A DNA stretch of 64,000 nucleotides from an uncultured delta proteobacterium (GCA_963832165.1 CAWHTE010000011.1:64001-128000), one strand, 5' to 3'. Shown: positions 40,545 to 51,304, counted from the stretch's first letter. A program made the numbers and translations. The notes: generated from the sequence alone by a model not told the origin.

Positions 40545-41954
40545 TCAAACGCGGGCCGCCTTGCCCTCCGCTCCCGCGCCAGCGAGCGGACCGAGGTCGA
40601 CCGAATAGACGTGCACGGGCTCCTCTCGGCCGGAGAGCTGCCGCTCGCCCTCGAAGCGCAGCCGCGCCGCGCCGCGCGCCTGGAGCTGGACCGCCTCGGA
40701 TACGAGGATTTCGCCCGGCCGCGCGAGCTTCTCGAGGCGGTGCGCCACGTTCACGGCGTCGCCGACGGCCGTGAAGTCGGAGCGCCGATCCGAGCCGATG
40801 TTGCCCACCACGACGACGCCGGTGTGGATGCCGATGCCGATCGAGATCGGCACGCCGTCTCCACCCGCGGCGATCTGCACGTTGCGCCGCTCCACGCCGC
40901 GCGCGATCTCGATCGCAGCCGTCACGGCGCGCAGCGCGTGGTCGGCCTGCGGCAGCGGTGCGCCGAAGTAGGCCATCACCGAATCGCCGATGAATTTGTC
41001 GATCGTGCCACCGGCACCCAGGATCAGGTCGGAGATCAGCTGGAAGCACTCGTTCAACAGGCCGACGACGTCGTTCGCGTCCATGCCCTCGGACAGGCGC
41101 GTGAACTGGCGGATGTCGACGAACAGGATCGTCACCTCGCGCTCGATGCCGGACTGTTTCTCGTCGGTGTCGTTCTCGAGCAGCTGGTTCAAGACGTAGT
41201 CGTCGACGTAGCGGCCGAACGCCTGCTGGATCTTGTGCTTCTGCTCGAGCGAGTCGCCCATCTCGTTGAACGCGCGCGTGAGCTCCCCGACCTCGTCGTG
41301 CGATGTCGGCGGCACGCGGACGTTGACGTCGCCCGCGGCGAGCCGTTCGACACCCACGCGCAGGCGCCGCAGCGGGCCGACCAGCAGCGCAACGAAGCCG
41401 ATTCCCGCGAGCACGCCCACCACCACCACCACCACGGCCACCGCTGCGAGCTGCTGTGCATTGCTCGCGACCACGGGGTCGACGAGCAGGCGCAGATCGA
41501 GCTCGACCTGGGCTTCGCCGATCAGCACGTCGCTGTAGATCACGGGCGCGGCGACCTGGAGGCGGCTGCCGTCGCGCGCCACCGAGACGCCGTCGGCCGC
41601 GTTCGGGTGGCCCGCGAGGCTCTCGCGCCGCTGATCGCGCTGGCCGGCATCGCTCGACGCGAGCACGCGTCCCTCGTGGTCGAGCAGCCGGACCGCGACC
41701 ACGCCCTCGCGGTTGCCGACGTCCTGGATCAGCTTGTCGAGCGAGAGCTCGGGCGAAAACGCGCCGCGGCCGGCCTCGAGCAGCGGCTCCTTCGCCGCCC
41801 CCGCGAGGTTCGCGGCGAGCGCACGGGCGCGTTTCTCGACTTCGGATTCGAGCGCGCGTCGCTCGTGCCGGGTGGCCAGCACGGCGAGGACCACACAAGC
41901 CGTCACGAGTAACGCGACGACGAGCGCGCTGAACTTGACCTGGAGCGATCGCAA
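40545..41954 (-). CDS. Membrane class III adenylate cyclase with HAMP domain
   Basis: 2 TM; HAMP 'DEVGELTRAFNEM'; 'LFVDIRQFT', 'DKFIGDSVMA', 'DFTAVGDAVNVAHRLE'. Confidence 0.92.
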   Translation of the reverse strand: MRSLQVKFSALVVALLVTACVVLAVLATRHERRALESEVEKRARALAANLAGAAKEPLLEAGRGAFSPELSLDKLIQDVGNREGVVAVRLLDHEGRVLASSDAGQRDQRRESLAGHPNAADGVSVARDGSRLQVAAPVIYSDVLIGEAQVELDLRLLVDPVVASNAQQLAAVAVVVVVVGVLAGIGFVALLVGPLRRLRVGVERLAAGDVNVRVPPTSHDEVGELTRAFNEMGDSLEQKHKIQQAFGRYVDDYVLNQLLENDTDEKQSGIEREVTILFVDIRQFTRLSEGMDANDVVGLLNECFQLISDLILGAGGTIDKFIGDSVMAYFGAPLPQADHALRAVTAAIEIARGVERRNVQIAAGGDGVPISIGIGIHTGVVVVGNIGSDRRSDFTAVGDAVNVAHRLEKLARPGEILVSEAVQLQARGAARLRFEGERQLSGREEPVHVYSVDLGPLAGAGAEGKAARV

Positions 41955-42083
41955 AAGGGGAGCTGCCTTATGCGGTGGCGGGGGACACCGCGTCTTGGGG
42001 AGGGCCGCACCCTTCCTTCCTTGAAGTTGCGTGCGAGCTTATCGGACCGGCAGGGTCTGTCGACCAAACCTTCCCGGCGGGGC

Positions 42084-42560
42084 TCACTCGAATCGGATCT
42101 TGCGGACCTCGAATTCGCGGGTTCCCTTCGGAACCTGGACCCGAACCACGTCGTCGACCGTTTTCCCGAGCAGGGCCCGGGCGATCGGCGACGAGATCGA
42201 GAGCTTCCCGGATGCGATGTCCGACTCGTCTTCGCCCACGAGCGTGTACGTCACCTCTTCTTCCGTTTCGGCGTCGAGCAGCACCACCGTGACGCCAAAG
42301 CGAACCGAGTTCGGAGCGGGCCCCGAGGGGTCGATCACCTGGGCGCGCGCGAGCTTGTCCTCGATCGCGCGGATCCGCCCCTCGATGTGGCTCTGGCGCT
42401 CCTTCGCGGCGTGGAACTCGGCGTTCTCCGAGATGTCGCCGTGCGCGCGCGCGATCTCGATTTCCTTCACGATCTGCAGCCGGTCGACGTACTTGAGCTC
42501 GCGCAGGTCCGCCTCGAGCTTGTCGTAACCCTGTCGGGTCATGGGCACGCGCTCGGACAT
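42084..42560 (-). CDS. greA: Transcription elongation factor GreA
   Basis: 'ARAHGDISENAEFHAAKE', 'SISSPIARALLGK'. Confidence 0.96.
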   Translation of the reverse strand: MSERVPMTRQGYDKLEADLRELKYVDRLQIVKEIEIARAHGDISENAEFHAAKERQSHIEGRIRAIEDKLARAQVIDPSGPAPNSVRFGVTVVLLDAETEEEVTYTLVGEDESDIASGKLSISSPIARALLGKTVDDVVRVQVPKGTREFEVRKIRFE

Positions 42561-42671
42561 GCTCGCTGGTTCTCCGCCCACCGGGATTGCATCTGCGAGG
42601 CGCCGCGCACGACACCCGGGAGCGCGGGGGGCCCGGGTGCGCGGGCGCCTCTCACCGCGCCGGTGTCGCGG

Positions 42672-42699
42672 AGCCTACCGAGAGGGAAGGGGCTGTCAA
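42672..42699 (-). promoter_or_regulatory. Putative sigma70 promoter of greA
   Basis: TTGACA-N16-TAGGCT. Confidence 0.45.
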
Positions 42700-42744
42700 C
42701 GCAGCGGAATAGTCGGGTGGGAAGAGGCCTGTGGGCGTGGAATC

Positions 42745-43350
42745 ATGACTGAAATGGTGTCCCGCTCGCCCACGAATGCCGCGAGCGCCGAGCAGGCCCC
42801 GCGCGTGCCGCTGCTGCGCTGGGCGACCATTGCCTACGGCCTGCTCGCCGCGGTCGCGCTCGGATGGAATGGATGGGCGGGCCGGCCCTGGGCCTACCTC
42901 GACCCGGCAGCTGCGGCGGCCGGGATTCGCTGGGGGCGAGACCTCGGGCTCGGGATCGCGTGCGCGGCCGCTGTGATCGCCGCCTCGCACGTGCTCACCA
43001 CCCGGACGCGCTGGGGGGCGGCGCTTGCGCGCGAGCTCACCGAGGCGCTGGGCCCGCTCACGCTGCGCGAGTGTCTCGCGCTCGCGGCGCTGTCGGGATT
43101 CGCCGAGGAGGTGTTCTTTCGCGGCGCGCTCCAGCCGCGCCTGGGCTGGCTCGGCGCGAGTCTCGTGTTCGGCTTCGCCCACATCGCGCCGCGCCGTTCG
43201 CTCTGGCCGTGGACGGGCTTCGCGCTGATCGCGGGCGGTCTGCTCGGCGGGCTGTTCGAGGTGACGGGCAATCTCGTGGCGCCGATCGCCGCTCACGCCG
43301 CGATCAACGCGGTGAACCTGCGCCTGCTCTCGCGCCCGGATCCCCGATAG
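42745..43350 (+). CDS. CPBP/Abi (CAAX) intramembrane protease
   Basis: 'EEVFFRG', 'FGFAH', 'AHAAIN'. Confidence 0.88.
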   Translation: MTEMVSRSPTNAASAEQAPRVPLLRWATIAYGLLAAVALGWNGWAGRPWAYLDPAAAAAGIRWGRDLGLGIACAAAVIAASHVLTTRTRWGAALARELTEALGPLTLRECLALAALSGFAEEVFFRGALQPRLGWLGASLVFGFAHIAPRRSLWPWTGFALIAGGLLGGLFEVTGNLVAPIAAHAAINAVNLRLLSRPDPR

Positions 43351-43720
43351 TCGCGACCGCGTCGATCTCCACAGCGGCCCCCAGCGGCAGCGCCGCAACC
43401 TGCACGGTCGCGCGCGCGGGCGGTACGGCGCCCGGGAAGTGCCGGGCGTAGACCGCGTTGATCCGCGCGAACAGCGCGAGGTCGGTCACGTAGACGGTCG
43501 TCTTCACGACGTGCGCGAGACTGGAACCCGCCGCCTCGAGCACCGCGGCGAGGTTCGCGAGCACCTGCTCGGTCTGCGCCTCGATGTCGCCCGGCACGAG
43601 CGCGCCCGTGCGCGGATCGAGCGGAATCTGGCCCGACGCAAACACCCAGCCCGCGTGGCAGACGGCCTGGGAGTACGGACCGACCGGAGCGGGAGCGCGT
43701 TCGCTGTGGACGCGATCCAC
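43304..43720 (-). CDS. RidA/YjgF family deaminase
   Basis: 'APAPVGPYSQA', 'SGQIP', 'PARATVQVAALP'. Confidence 0.92.
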   Translation of the reverse strand: MDRVHSERAPAPVGPYSQAVCHAGWVFASGQIPLDPRTGALVPGDIEAQTEQVLANLAAVLEAAGSSLAHVVKTTVYVTDLALFARINAVYARHFPGAVPPARATVQVAALPLGAAVEIDAVATIGDPGARAGAGSPR

Positions 43721-43723
43721 GTC

Positions 43724-44071
43724 TCAGGCGTCGAACGACTCGGCGGGCGTCGTGAGCAGCCGCTCCTCGAGCACGCGCAGCAGATAGCCGAGCAGCATCA
43801 GATTCGGCAGGCGCGCTCCGACCGACTTGTCGATCGGGAGCCCCTCGCAGAACTCGCGCGCATAGTGCGTGAAGAACTCGTGCGCTTCGCTCGGGACGTT
43901 CTTCGCCACGAGCTCGGCGAGCTCCTCCGCGGTGAGCTCGTCGAGCACTTCGACGAGCTCCCATGCGAGCTCCTCGCGCGTGAGCTCGGGCTCGTTCTCG
44001 TCGGTGTGCTCGTCCTCGAGTCGCTCGAGATCTTCGGGCGTGAGGCGGATCGGGTGTCGCGGATCGTCCAT
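43724..44071 (-). CDS. Hypothetical acidic protein
   Basis: 115-aa Glu-rich ORF; TTGACA-N17-CAGGAT upstream. Confidence 0.65.
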   Translation of the reverse strand: MDDPRHPIRLTPEDLERLEDEHTDENEPELTREELAWELVEVLDELTAEELAELVAKNVPSEAHEFFTHYAREFCEGLPIDKSVGARLPNLMLLGYLLRVLEERLLTTPAESFDA

Positions 44072-44254
44072 CGTTCGCCTCGCGGGACGCCCTCGAGCCA
44101 GTCCCAGGATAGGAGTTGAACGCATCCTGACAGCGGTGTCTTTCCGTGTCAATGCACGTATCCAGTGCTGCCGAAATCGCCGCATACCGCGCTCGCGAAC
44201 TCTTTCACGCGCGGATTCGCGACTTGCACCGGGATAGTTGCCGATCGCTTGCCG

Positions 44255-44779
44255 TCAGATCGACGGGCCGGAATCGGACAGTTGCGCATCGGATGCGGGG
44301 CGCTCGAGCAGATGTTCGCGCACGAAGATTGGCGCGTGCGTGCGCAGCGCGATCGCGATCGCATCGCTCGGCCGCGCGTCGATCTCCACGCGCTGGCCTC
44401 CCGCGCGAATCGCGAGCGTCGCGTAGTACGTGCCTTCGCGCAGATCGGTCACCACCACGCGCTCGAGCTCGCCGTGAAGGCCGTCGATCACGCTGCGCGC
44501 GAGGTCGTGCGAGTTCGGGCGCGGGCTCGCGATCTCCTCGATCGACATCGCGATCGACTCGGCCTCGGCGGTGCCGATCCAGATCGCGAGCCAGCGCGAT
44601 CCATCGCGCTCTTCGAGCAGCACCACGGGCAGGTCGTGCGCGTCGAGACCCACGCGCTGGACGCCCACCGCGACCTCGTGCCCGGACGCGTCCTTCGCGC
44701 GCCCACACGCGAGCGGTGACGACGCGGTGATCGCAAGCGCGATCCAGACCAGCACGGAGACCAGAGGGGAGCCCTGCAC
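44255..44779 (-). CDS. Bifunctional nuclease (DUF151) family
   Basis: 'LAIWIG..EA..I', 'RPNSHDL', 'IDARPSDAIAIALR'. Confidence 0.88.
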   Translation of the reverse strand: MQGSPLVSVLVWIALAITASSPLACGRAKDASGHEVAVGVQRVGLDAHDLPVVLLEERDGSRWLAIWIGTAEAESIAMSIEEIASPRPNSHDLARSVIDGLHGELERVVVTDLREGTYYATLAIRAGGQRVEIDARPSDAIAIALRTHAPIFVREHLLERPASDAQLSDSGPSI

Positions 44780-44859
44780 GGACGGTCCTCCACCCCCCGT
44801 GATCCAGAGTAGAGCGGTGGCCGAGCGGGGTCGACTCTGAGCGCGATGAGTGGCTTGAC

Positions 44860-44953
44860 CGCAAGGAGGCCGACGGAGTCGGCCGACGCGCAGCGAGGCG
44901 AAGCCGAGCGAAGGGCCGGGCCCGAGCGCGAACGAATAGTGAGCGCGATGGCC
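44860..44953 (+). repeat. ~94-bp interspersed repeat, copy 1
   Basis: Aligns end to end with 51211-51304; next to the tRNA-Pro 3' end. Confidence 0.85.
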
Positions 44954-44962
44954 GGCCCGGAG

Positions 44963-45039
<77 letters not shown>

Positions 45040-45060
45040 AAACTCCGAACAGCTGGCCGA

Positions 45061-45756
45061 TTATCGCGCCTCGGCGCGCGGAAGCAAGCTGGCCGAGGCC
45101 GCGCGGCGCAGCGCCGCGATCGCATCGCCGCGATCACGCGCACCGAACACCGCGGTGCCCGCGACGAATACATCGGCGCCCGCGCGCGCCGCGAGTGCGA
45201 TCGTCTCGGGACCGATGCCGCCGTCCACTTCGAGGGCGACATCGAGTCCGCGCTCGTCGATCCAGCGCCGCAGCGTCTCGATCTTGCCCAGCATGCTCGC
45301 GATGAACTTCTGACCGCCGAAGCCCGGGTTGACCGTCATCACGAGCACCTGGTCGACGTCTCCGAGCACGTGCTCGATGCTCGATGCGGGTGTCGACGGG
45401 TTCAGCACCACGCTCGCTCGCGCGCCGGCCTCGCGGATCTGCGCCACGCTGCGGTGCAGGTGCGGGCAGGTCTCGACGTGGATGCCCACCGTGTGGGCTC
45501 CCGCGCGCACGAAGTCCTGCACGTAGCGCTCGGGCTCGACGATCATCAGGTGCACGTCGAGCGGAAGCGCAGTGGAGCGGCGCACCGCCTCCACGATCAG
45601 CGGCCCGATCGTGATGTTGGGTACGAAGCGGCCGTCCATCACGTCCACGTGCACCCAGTCGGCTCCGCCCTGCTCGATGCTCGCGAGCTCGCTCGCGAGC
45701 GCCGAGAAGTCGGCGGAGAGGATCGACGGGGCGATCCGCGGCTCGCGCTGGCTCAT
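45061..45756 (-). CDS. rpe: Ribulose-phosphate 3-epimerase
   Basis: '[10 protein letters not shown]', '[12 protein letters not shown]', '[10 protein letters not shown]', 'EVDGG'. Confidence 0.97.
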   Translation of the reverse strand: MSQREPRIAPSILSADFSALASELASIEQGGADWVHVDVMDGRFVPNITIGPLIVEAVRRSTALPLDVHLMIVEPERYVQDFVRAGAHTVGIHVETCPHLHRSVAQIREAGARASVVLNPSTPASSIEHVLGDVDQVLVMTVNPGFGGQKFIASMLGKIETLRRWIDERGLDVALEVDGGIGPETIALAARAGADVFVAGTAVFGARDRGDAIAALRRAASASLLPRAEAR

Positions 45757-47183
45757 GCCGACGCCCTTCGCTCGAGCCGCGCCGCGAAGAAGCCATCGGT
45801 GTCGTGGCGATGGGGCCAGCAGCGCAGCGCTCCGTTCGCGTCCACGAGCTCGCGCACCTCCTCGGGCACCTCTCGCTGCCACACGAAGTTCGGTGAGTCG
45901 CGCAAGAACGATTCCACCAGGGCCTCGTTCTCCTCGGGCAGCAGAGTGCACGTACTGTAGACGAGCACGCCGCCGGGCCTCAACACGCGGCTCGCGCGTG
46001 TGAGCAGCGCTCGCTGCACTTCCGCGAGTCGCGCGGGGTCGGTCGGGCGCACGCGCCAGCGCGCGTCGGGATTGCGGCGCAGGCTGCCGAGTCCCGAGCA
46101 GGGCGCATCCACGAGCACGCGATCGAAGCCGCCCTCGGGTGCGTGCTCGGCGAGGTCGAGCGCGGCGTCGAACGCGCGGCAATCGATCCGTCCGAGCTTG
46201 AGCCGGCGCGCCGTGCGGCGCACGAGTTCGAGTCGGCCCGGGTGGCGGTCGAGCGCGAGCACCCAGCCGCTCTCGCCCACGCGCTCCGCGATCGCAGTGG
46301 CCTTGCCGCCCGGAGCCGCACAGGTGTCGAGCACGCGCTCGCCCGGCTGCGGATCGAGCAGACCCACCACGAGCTGAGAGGCTTCGTCCTGCACCGTGAA
46401 GCGACCCGCGAGGAAGCTCGGCAGCGCCGTGGCATTTCCGCGTCGCCCCAACACGGCTCCGTAGCGCGCAAAGCGACACGGACGTGCGTCGGGGAAGACC
46501 GGGCGCAACTCCGCGAGCAGCTCGTCCATTTTGCACTGGTGCGGATTCACGCGCACGGTGAGCGGCGGCACCTCGGTGCACGCGGCGGCGAGCGCAGCGG
46601 CTTCTGCGGGCCCGTACAGCTCGAGCCAGCGTGCCGCGATCCAGGCGGGCAGGCTCTGCGCGTGCATGAGGTGCCCGAGCGGGTCGCTGTCGAGCTCGGG
46701 CAGCGGCTCGCTCGCGTGGCGCTCGGCGAACGCGCGCAGCACCGCGTTCACGAGACCCGTGACGCGCTCGGCACCCGCGGCGCGCGCGCAGCGCACCGCT
46801 TCGTCGACCGCGGCGCTCGTGGGCACGCGGTCGTTGAACAGGATCTGGTAGGCGCCGAGCCGCAGCGCGGTCGCCGCGATGCCCTCGATCCGATCGAGCG
46901 GGCGATCGAGGAAGCGCCCGAGCAGGTAGTCGATCCGGCCGCGCCAGCGCAGCGTGCCGTACACGAGCTCGGTCGCGAACGCGCGGTCGACCGGCCCGAG
47001 CCCGCTGTGCGCGAGCTGGCTGTGCAGGAGCAAGTCCGCGTAGGCGCCCGCGCGCTGCACGCGCTCGAGCACGCGCAGCGCGAGCAGTCGCGCGCGCGTG
47101 GGCGCGTGTGCGTGCAGGTCCGCACCCGCGCGCCGCGGCGGACCGCGCCGCCGCGTCGGGCGGCCCGTGGGCTTGGCAGGCAT
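45753..47183 (-). CDS. rsmB: 16S rRNA m5C967 methyltransferase
   Basis: NusB-like N-terminus; 'VQDEASQ', 'CAAPGGK', 'DAPCSGLG', 'YSTCT'. Confidence 0.95.
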   Translation of the reverse strand: MPAKPTGRPTRRRGPPRRAGADLHAHAPTRARLLALRVLERVQRAGAYADLLLHSQLAHSGLGPVDRAFATELVYGTLRWRGRIDYLLGRFLDRPLDRIEGIAATALRLGAYQILFNDRVPTSAAVDEAVRCARAAGAERVTGLVNAVLRAFAERHASEPLPELDSDPLGHLMHAQSLPAWIAARWLELYGPAEAAALAAACTEVPPLTVRVNPHQCKMDELLAELRPVFPDARPCRFARYGAVLGRRGNATALPSFLAGRFTVQDEASQLVVGLLDPQPGERVLDTCAAPGGKATAIAERVGESGWVLALDRHPGRLELVRRTARRLKLGRIDCRAFDAALDLAEHAPEGGFDRVLVDAPCSGLGSLRRNPDARWRVRPTDPARLAEVQRALLTRASRVLRPGGVLVYSTCTLLPEENEALVESFLRDSPNFVWQREVPEEVRELVDANGALRCWPHRHDTDGFFAARLERRASA

Positions 47184-47192
47184 TGCACGAGT

Positions 47193-48140
47193 CTACTCGT
47201 TGCTGCCGGATGCGCCGAGGCGCTCTCCGTCGGAGATCGGGCGCCCGCGCAGATAGGATGCGGTGTCGAGCGGTTTGCCGCCTGCGCGCTGGACCCGCTC
47301 CGGTACGAGCCACCCGTCGCCGGTGGCCACGCGCAGCGGCTCGCCCGAGGGCGCGCGGACCTCTCCCGGCGCGCGATCGGCCGGCCCGGGCTCGACGCGC
47401 GCGGCCAGGATCCGCAGCGGCTCTCCGCGCAGCGCGGTGCGCGCCCCGGGCGCGGGCGCGAATGCGCGCACGCGGCGCGCGATCGCGGCCGCGGGAGCGC
47501 TCCAGTCGATCTCGAGATCGGCGGATTCGATCTTGGGCGCGAGCGTCGCGCGCGCAGCGTCCTGTTCGCGCCAGACCACGCGGCCGTCGGCGATCTGCGC
47601 GAGCGCCTCCGCGATCGCGTCGGCGGCGAGCGGCGCGAGCCGGTCGCCGAGCTGCCCCGCATCCTCGTCCGGCCCGATCGCGAGCGTGCGCACGAGCGCC
47701 ACGGGGCCGGCGTCCATCTCGCGCTCGACGCGCATCACCGAGATGCCGGTCTCCGTGTCGCCCGCGAGCACCGCACGCGCGATCGGTGCGGCGCCGCGGT
47801 GGCGCGGCAACACACTTGCGTGTCCATTCACGAGATAGCCGAGCCGCGGCAGCTCGCGGACCTGGCGCGGCAGGAACTGTCCGAACGCCACCACCACGCC
47901 GAGATCCGGCGCCGCGGCGCGCAGAGCCTCTACCACGTCGGGTGCACCGACGCGCTCGGGTCGCAAGAGCGGGAGCCCGCGCTCGAGCGCCGCGGCCGAG
48001 ACCGCCGACGGTTGCACGCGCCGGCCGCGGCCGCTCGGCCGATCCGGCTGGCTGATCACCGCGGCGATCTCGTGCTCGCGCGCGAGTCGGGCCAGCGTGG
48101 GCACCGCGAACTCGGGCGTGCCGAAGAAGATCAGGCGCAC
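47193..48140 (-). CDS. fmt: Methionyl-tRNA formyltransferase
   Basis: 'FFGTPEFA', 'QPDRPSGRG', 'RHRGAAPI', 'MDAGP'. Confidence 0.96.
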   Translation of the reverse strand: MRLIFFGTPEFAVPTLARLAREHEIAAVISQPDRPSGRGRRVQPSAVSAAALERGLPLLRPERVGAPDVVEALRAAAPDLGVVVAFGQFLPRQVRELPRLGYLVNGHASVLPRHRGAAPIARAVLAGDTETGISVMRVEREMDAGPVALVRTLAIGPDEDAGQLGDRLAPLAADAIAEALAQIADGRVVWREQDAARATLAPKIESADLEIDWSAPAAAIARRVRAFAPAPGARTALRGEPLRILAARVEPGPADRAPGEVRAPSGEPLRVATGDGWLVPERVQRAGGKPLDTASYLRGRPISDGERLGASGSNE

Positions 48141-48148
48141 CGGAGCTG

Positions 48149-48688
48149 TCAGGAGGACCGGGGCGAGCGTTCCTCGGCCTCGCGCTTGAGCTGCTTCTTG
48201 CGCCTCGCCACGTAGAGGCTGCGCTTGAGCTTGCTGATCCGATCGATGAACAGCTTTCCGTCGAGGTGGTCGACCTCGTGCTGGAAGCACACCGCCAGCA
48301 GGCCCTCCGCGCGGATCTCGACCTCCTTGCCATCGAGATCGAGCGCGCGCATGAGCACGCGCTCGGCGCGCTTCACCTCGGCCTCGAAGTCGGGCACCGA
48401 GAGGCAACCCTCCTTCCATCCGATCTCGCCTTCCTGCTCGGAGAGCTCGGGGTTCACCAGGATCAGCGGATTCCTCTCGTGGTTCTCGTCCTTCCAGTCC
48501 GTGTCGACCACGATCAGGCGCACGGCCTCACCCACCTGGGTCGCCGCGAGGCCGATGCCGGGCTCGTCGTACATGACCTCGCACATGTCCTGGGCGAGCT
48601 GGCGGATCTCGTCGGTGATCGACTCGATCGGCTTCGCTTCGACGGTCAGCCGTTTGTCCGGGAACTGAAGGACGGGTCGCAGCGCCAT
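48149..48688 (-). CDS. def: Peptide deformylase
   Basis: 'GIGLAATQVG', 'EGCLSVP', 'QHEVDHLDG'. Confidence 0.97.
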   Translation of the reverse strand: MALRPVLQFPDKRLTVEAKPIESITDEIRQLAQDMCEVMYDEPGIGLAATQVGEAVRLIVVDTDWKDENHERNPLILVNPELSEQEGEIGWKEGCLSVPDFEAEVKRAERVLMRALDLDGKEVEIRAEGLLAVCFQHEVDHLDGKLFIDRISKLKRSLYVARRKKQLKREAEERSPRSS

Positions 48689-48707
48689 CCGTCAAAAATA
48701 ACGAAGC

Positions 48708-51161
48708 CTAGAGCATGCTCCAGGGACGCACGTCCACGGTGGCCGAGATGCCCTCGCGCAGTCGCGCTGCCGCGGCGATCGCGGCCTGCGCGGCGCACCG
48801 CACCGCGAGCCTCTCGCCCTTGATCAGCAGCTGCTGGCGGTGGCGTCCGCGCAGCCGCGGCAGCGGCGCGGGCGCGGGCCCGAGCAGCTCGCACGAGCCT
48901 GCCGCCGCGATCGCGGTGGCGAGCTGCGCTGCGCCGGCGACCGCATCGCTCTCGAGCGGGGCGGAGACCAGCACGCTCGCGAGATGTCCGAGCGGCGGGA
49001 AGCCGAGCGCGGTGCGGTGGGCGAGCTCCTGCGCATAGAACGTCTCGTAGTCGTGATCGCGCACGGGGCGAATCGCGTAGTGATCGGGCACGAACGTCTG
49101 GACGATCACGCGACCCGGGGCGGTGTCGCGGCCCGCGCGCCCGGCCACCTGGGTGAGCAGCTGAAACGTGCGCTCGGCCGCGCGGAAGTCCGGCAGGTGC
49201 AGACCGATGTCGGCCGCGATCACGCCGACCAGCCGTACGCCCGGGAAGTCGTGTCCCTTCGCCACCATCTGTGTGCCGATCAGCACATCGAGCTGGCCGT
49301 CGCGCAGCCGGCGCAATACGTCCTCGGTGGCGCCGCGGCGCGCCGCGGTGTCGCGGTCGAGCCGCGCGATCCGCGCGCGCGGGAACAGCCCGCGCACTTC
49401 CTCCTCGAGCCGCTCGGTGCCGAGGCCGAGCAGCGCAGTGTCGGGCGCGCCGCAGCCCGCGCAGCGCTCGGGCGGCGGGCGCCGGTGTTCGCAGTAGTGG
49501 CAGTGCAGCGCACCGTCGGAAGTGTGATACACGAGCCCGACGTCGCAGTCGGTGCAGCGCTCGGCGTGGCCGCAATCGAAGCAGAAGATCCGCGTCGAGA
49601 AGCCCCGCCGGTTCAGGAACAGGATCGCCTGCGCGCCCGCGTCCAAGGTCTGCGCTAGCGCGCTCCGCAGCGGCCGCGAGAGCGCGAGCTTGCGCCCGCG
49701 CGGCGCCGCCTCGCGCTCGCGCGCGAGGTCGACGATCTCGACCGCGGGCAGCGGCTGCCCGCCGATCCGGTGCGCGAGCACGAGCCGCGTGAGCTCGCCG
49801 CAATCGGCCGCATAGCGCGTCTCGAGCGAAGGTGTCGCCGAGCCGAGCACTACGGGGCAGCTCGCCGCGTCCGCGCGCAAGCGCGCGAGATCGCGCGCGT
49901 GGTAGCGGAAGCCCTCTTCGTTCTTGTACGCGCCGTCGTGCTCTTCGTCGATCACGACGAGGCCCAGGTTCTCGATCGGCGCAAACAACGCGGAGCGCGC
50001 GCCCACGGCGATCGGTGCCGCGCCGCTGTGCAGCCGCCGCCACTGCTCGAGCCGCTCGCCCGGGCGCAGTCCGCTGTGGAGCACCGCGAGCGAGTCGCCG
50101 AAACGGCCGCGCAGCCGCGCGAGGATCTGGTGCGTGAGCGTGATCTCGGGGACCAGCACGAGCGCGCGGCGACCCGCGTCGAGCGCGGCGGCCACCGCGC
50201 GCAGGTAGATCTCGGTCTTCCCGCTGCCCGTGACTCCGTGCAGCAGGAATGTCTTTGCCTCGCGCGCCCGGACCGCCGCCTCGATCGGCGCGAGCGCCTG
50301 CGCCTGGTCGCTCGTGAGCTGGACGTGGCGCGCGCCCTCGAGCGGCTCGCCCAGCACGTCGCGCGGCGCCCCCCGCCGGTGGACGCGTGCGAAGCCGCGC
50401 GCCACGAGCGCGCGCAGCGCGGCCGAGGGCAGGGCAGGGGCGAGCTGCTCGCCCGCGGCGGCGAGCTGCTCGAGCACGTCGAGCTGCCGCGGCGCGCGCG
50501 CGAGCGCGGCGCGCGCCGCGGCGAGATCGACGCCCGGGGCCAGGCTCGCCACTCGCTCGACGGTGACGCGCGCGCGCGGACCCTGCTCGATCTCGCACGC
50601 CGCGACCAGGCCATCGCGCTCGAGCGAGGAGAGCGCTGCGCGCGTGTCTGCGCCGAGCTGGCGCGCGAGCGCCGCGCGCGCGATCGGGCCCGTGGCGAGC
50701 GCCTCGAGTGCGCGACCCGCGGCGCCGCGCGCGGCGCCGCTCTGGGCGGCCGCGCGGCCGCGCGGCGTGAGCGTGAATCCGCGCGCAAAGAACGGCGCGG
50801 AGCCCGTCGGCAGCGCTGCGGCGAACGCGAGTCCCACAGGGCACAGCACCTCGCGCGCGGCCTCGCGCAGCACGTCGAGCAGCTCGCTCGAGATGACGGG
50901 CGCCTCGTCGACGACAGCTTCGATCGGACGCAGGCGGCCCGCGTAGTCCGAGCGATCGGTGCGTTCGACCACGACGCCGATCAGCGTGCGCCCGCCGAAT
51001 CGCACACGCACGCGACAGCCGGGCCGCACCGTCGCGGCGCGCGCGGCCGGAATGGTGTACTCGAAGAGCTCGTCGACGGGCACCGGCAGCGCCACCTTCG
51101 CCACGCTGTCGCCCGCGCTCACGGAAGGATCGATGCGGACGAGCGGCTGCTGTTCGAGCAC
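48708..51161 (-). CDS. priA: Primosomal protein N'
   Basis: 'GVTGSGKT', 'DEEH', zinc-binding Cys pairs, 'GTQMVAKGHDF', 'QVAGRAGR'. Confidence 0.96.
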   Translation of the reverse strand: MLEQQPLVRIDPSVSAGDSVAKVALPVPVDELFEYTIPAARAATVRPGCRVRVRFGGRTLIGVVVERTDRSDYAGRLRPIEAVVDEAPVISSELLDVLREAAREVLCPVGLAFAAALPTGSAPFFARGFTLTPRGRAAAQSGAARGAAGRALEALATGPIARAALARQLGADTRAALSSLERDGLVAACEIEQGPRARVTVERVASLAPGVDLAAARAALARAPRQLDVLEQLAAAGEQLAPALPSAALRALVARGFARVHRRGAPRDVLGEPLEGARHVQLTSDQAQALAPIEAAVRAREAKTFLLHGVTGSGKTEIYLRAVAAALDAGRRALVLVPEITLTHQILARLRGRFGDSLAVLHSGLRPGERLEQWRRLHSGAAPIAVGARSALFAPIENLGLVVIDEEHDGAYKNEEGFRYHARDLARLRADAASCPVVLGSATPSLETRYAADCGELTRLVLAHRIGGQPLPAVEIVDLAREREAAPRGRKLALSRPLRSALAQTLDAGAQAILFLNRRGFSTRIFCFDCGHAERCTDCDVGLVYHTSDGALHCHYCEHRRPPPERCAGCGAPDTALLGLGTERLEEEVRGLFPRARIARLDRDTAARRGATEDVLRRLRDGQLDVLIGTQMVAKGHDFPGVRLVGVIAADIGLHLPDFRAAERTFQLLTQVAGRAGRDTAPGRVIVQTFVPDHYAIRPVRDHDYETFYAQELAHRTALGFPPLGHLASVLVSAPLESDAVAGAAQLATAIAAAGSCELLGPAPAPLPRLRGRHRQQLLIKGERLAVRCAAQAAIAAAARLREGISATVDVRPWSML

Positions 51162-51210
51162 GTGCGGATTGTATGCGGCGCCCGCGCGCCTGCGAAGGCT
51201 CCGATGACGT

Positions 51211-51304
51211 CGCAAGGAGGGCGACGGAGTCGCCCGACGCGCAGCGAGGCGCAGCCGAGCGAAGGCCGGATCCCGAGCGCGAGCGATCAGCGAGCGCGAA
51301 GGCC
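51211..51304 (+). repeat. ~94-bp interspersed repeat, copy 2
   Basis: Aligns with 44860-44953; compensatory change in the first stem. Confidence 0.85.
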
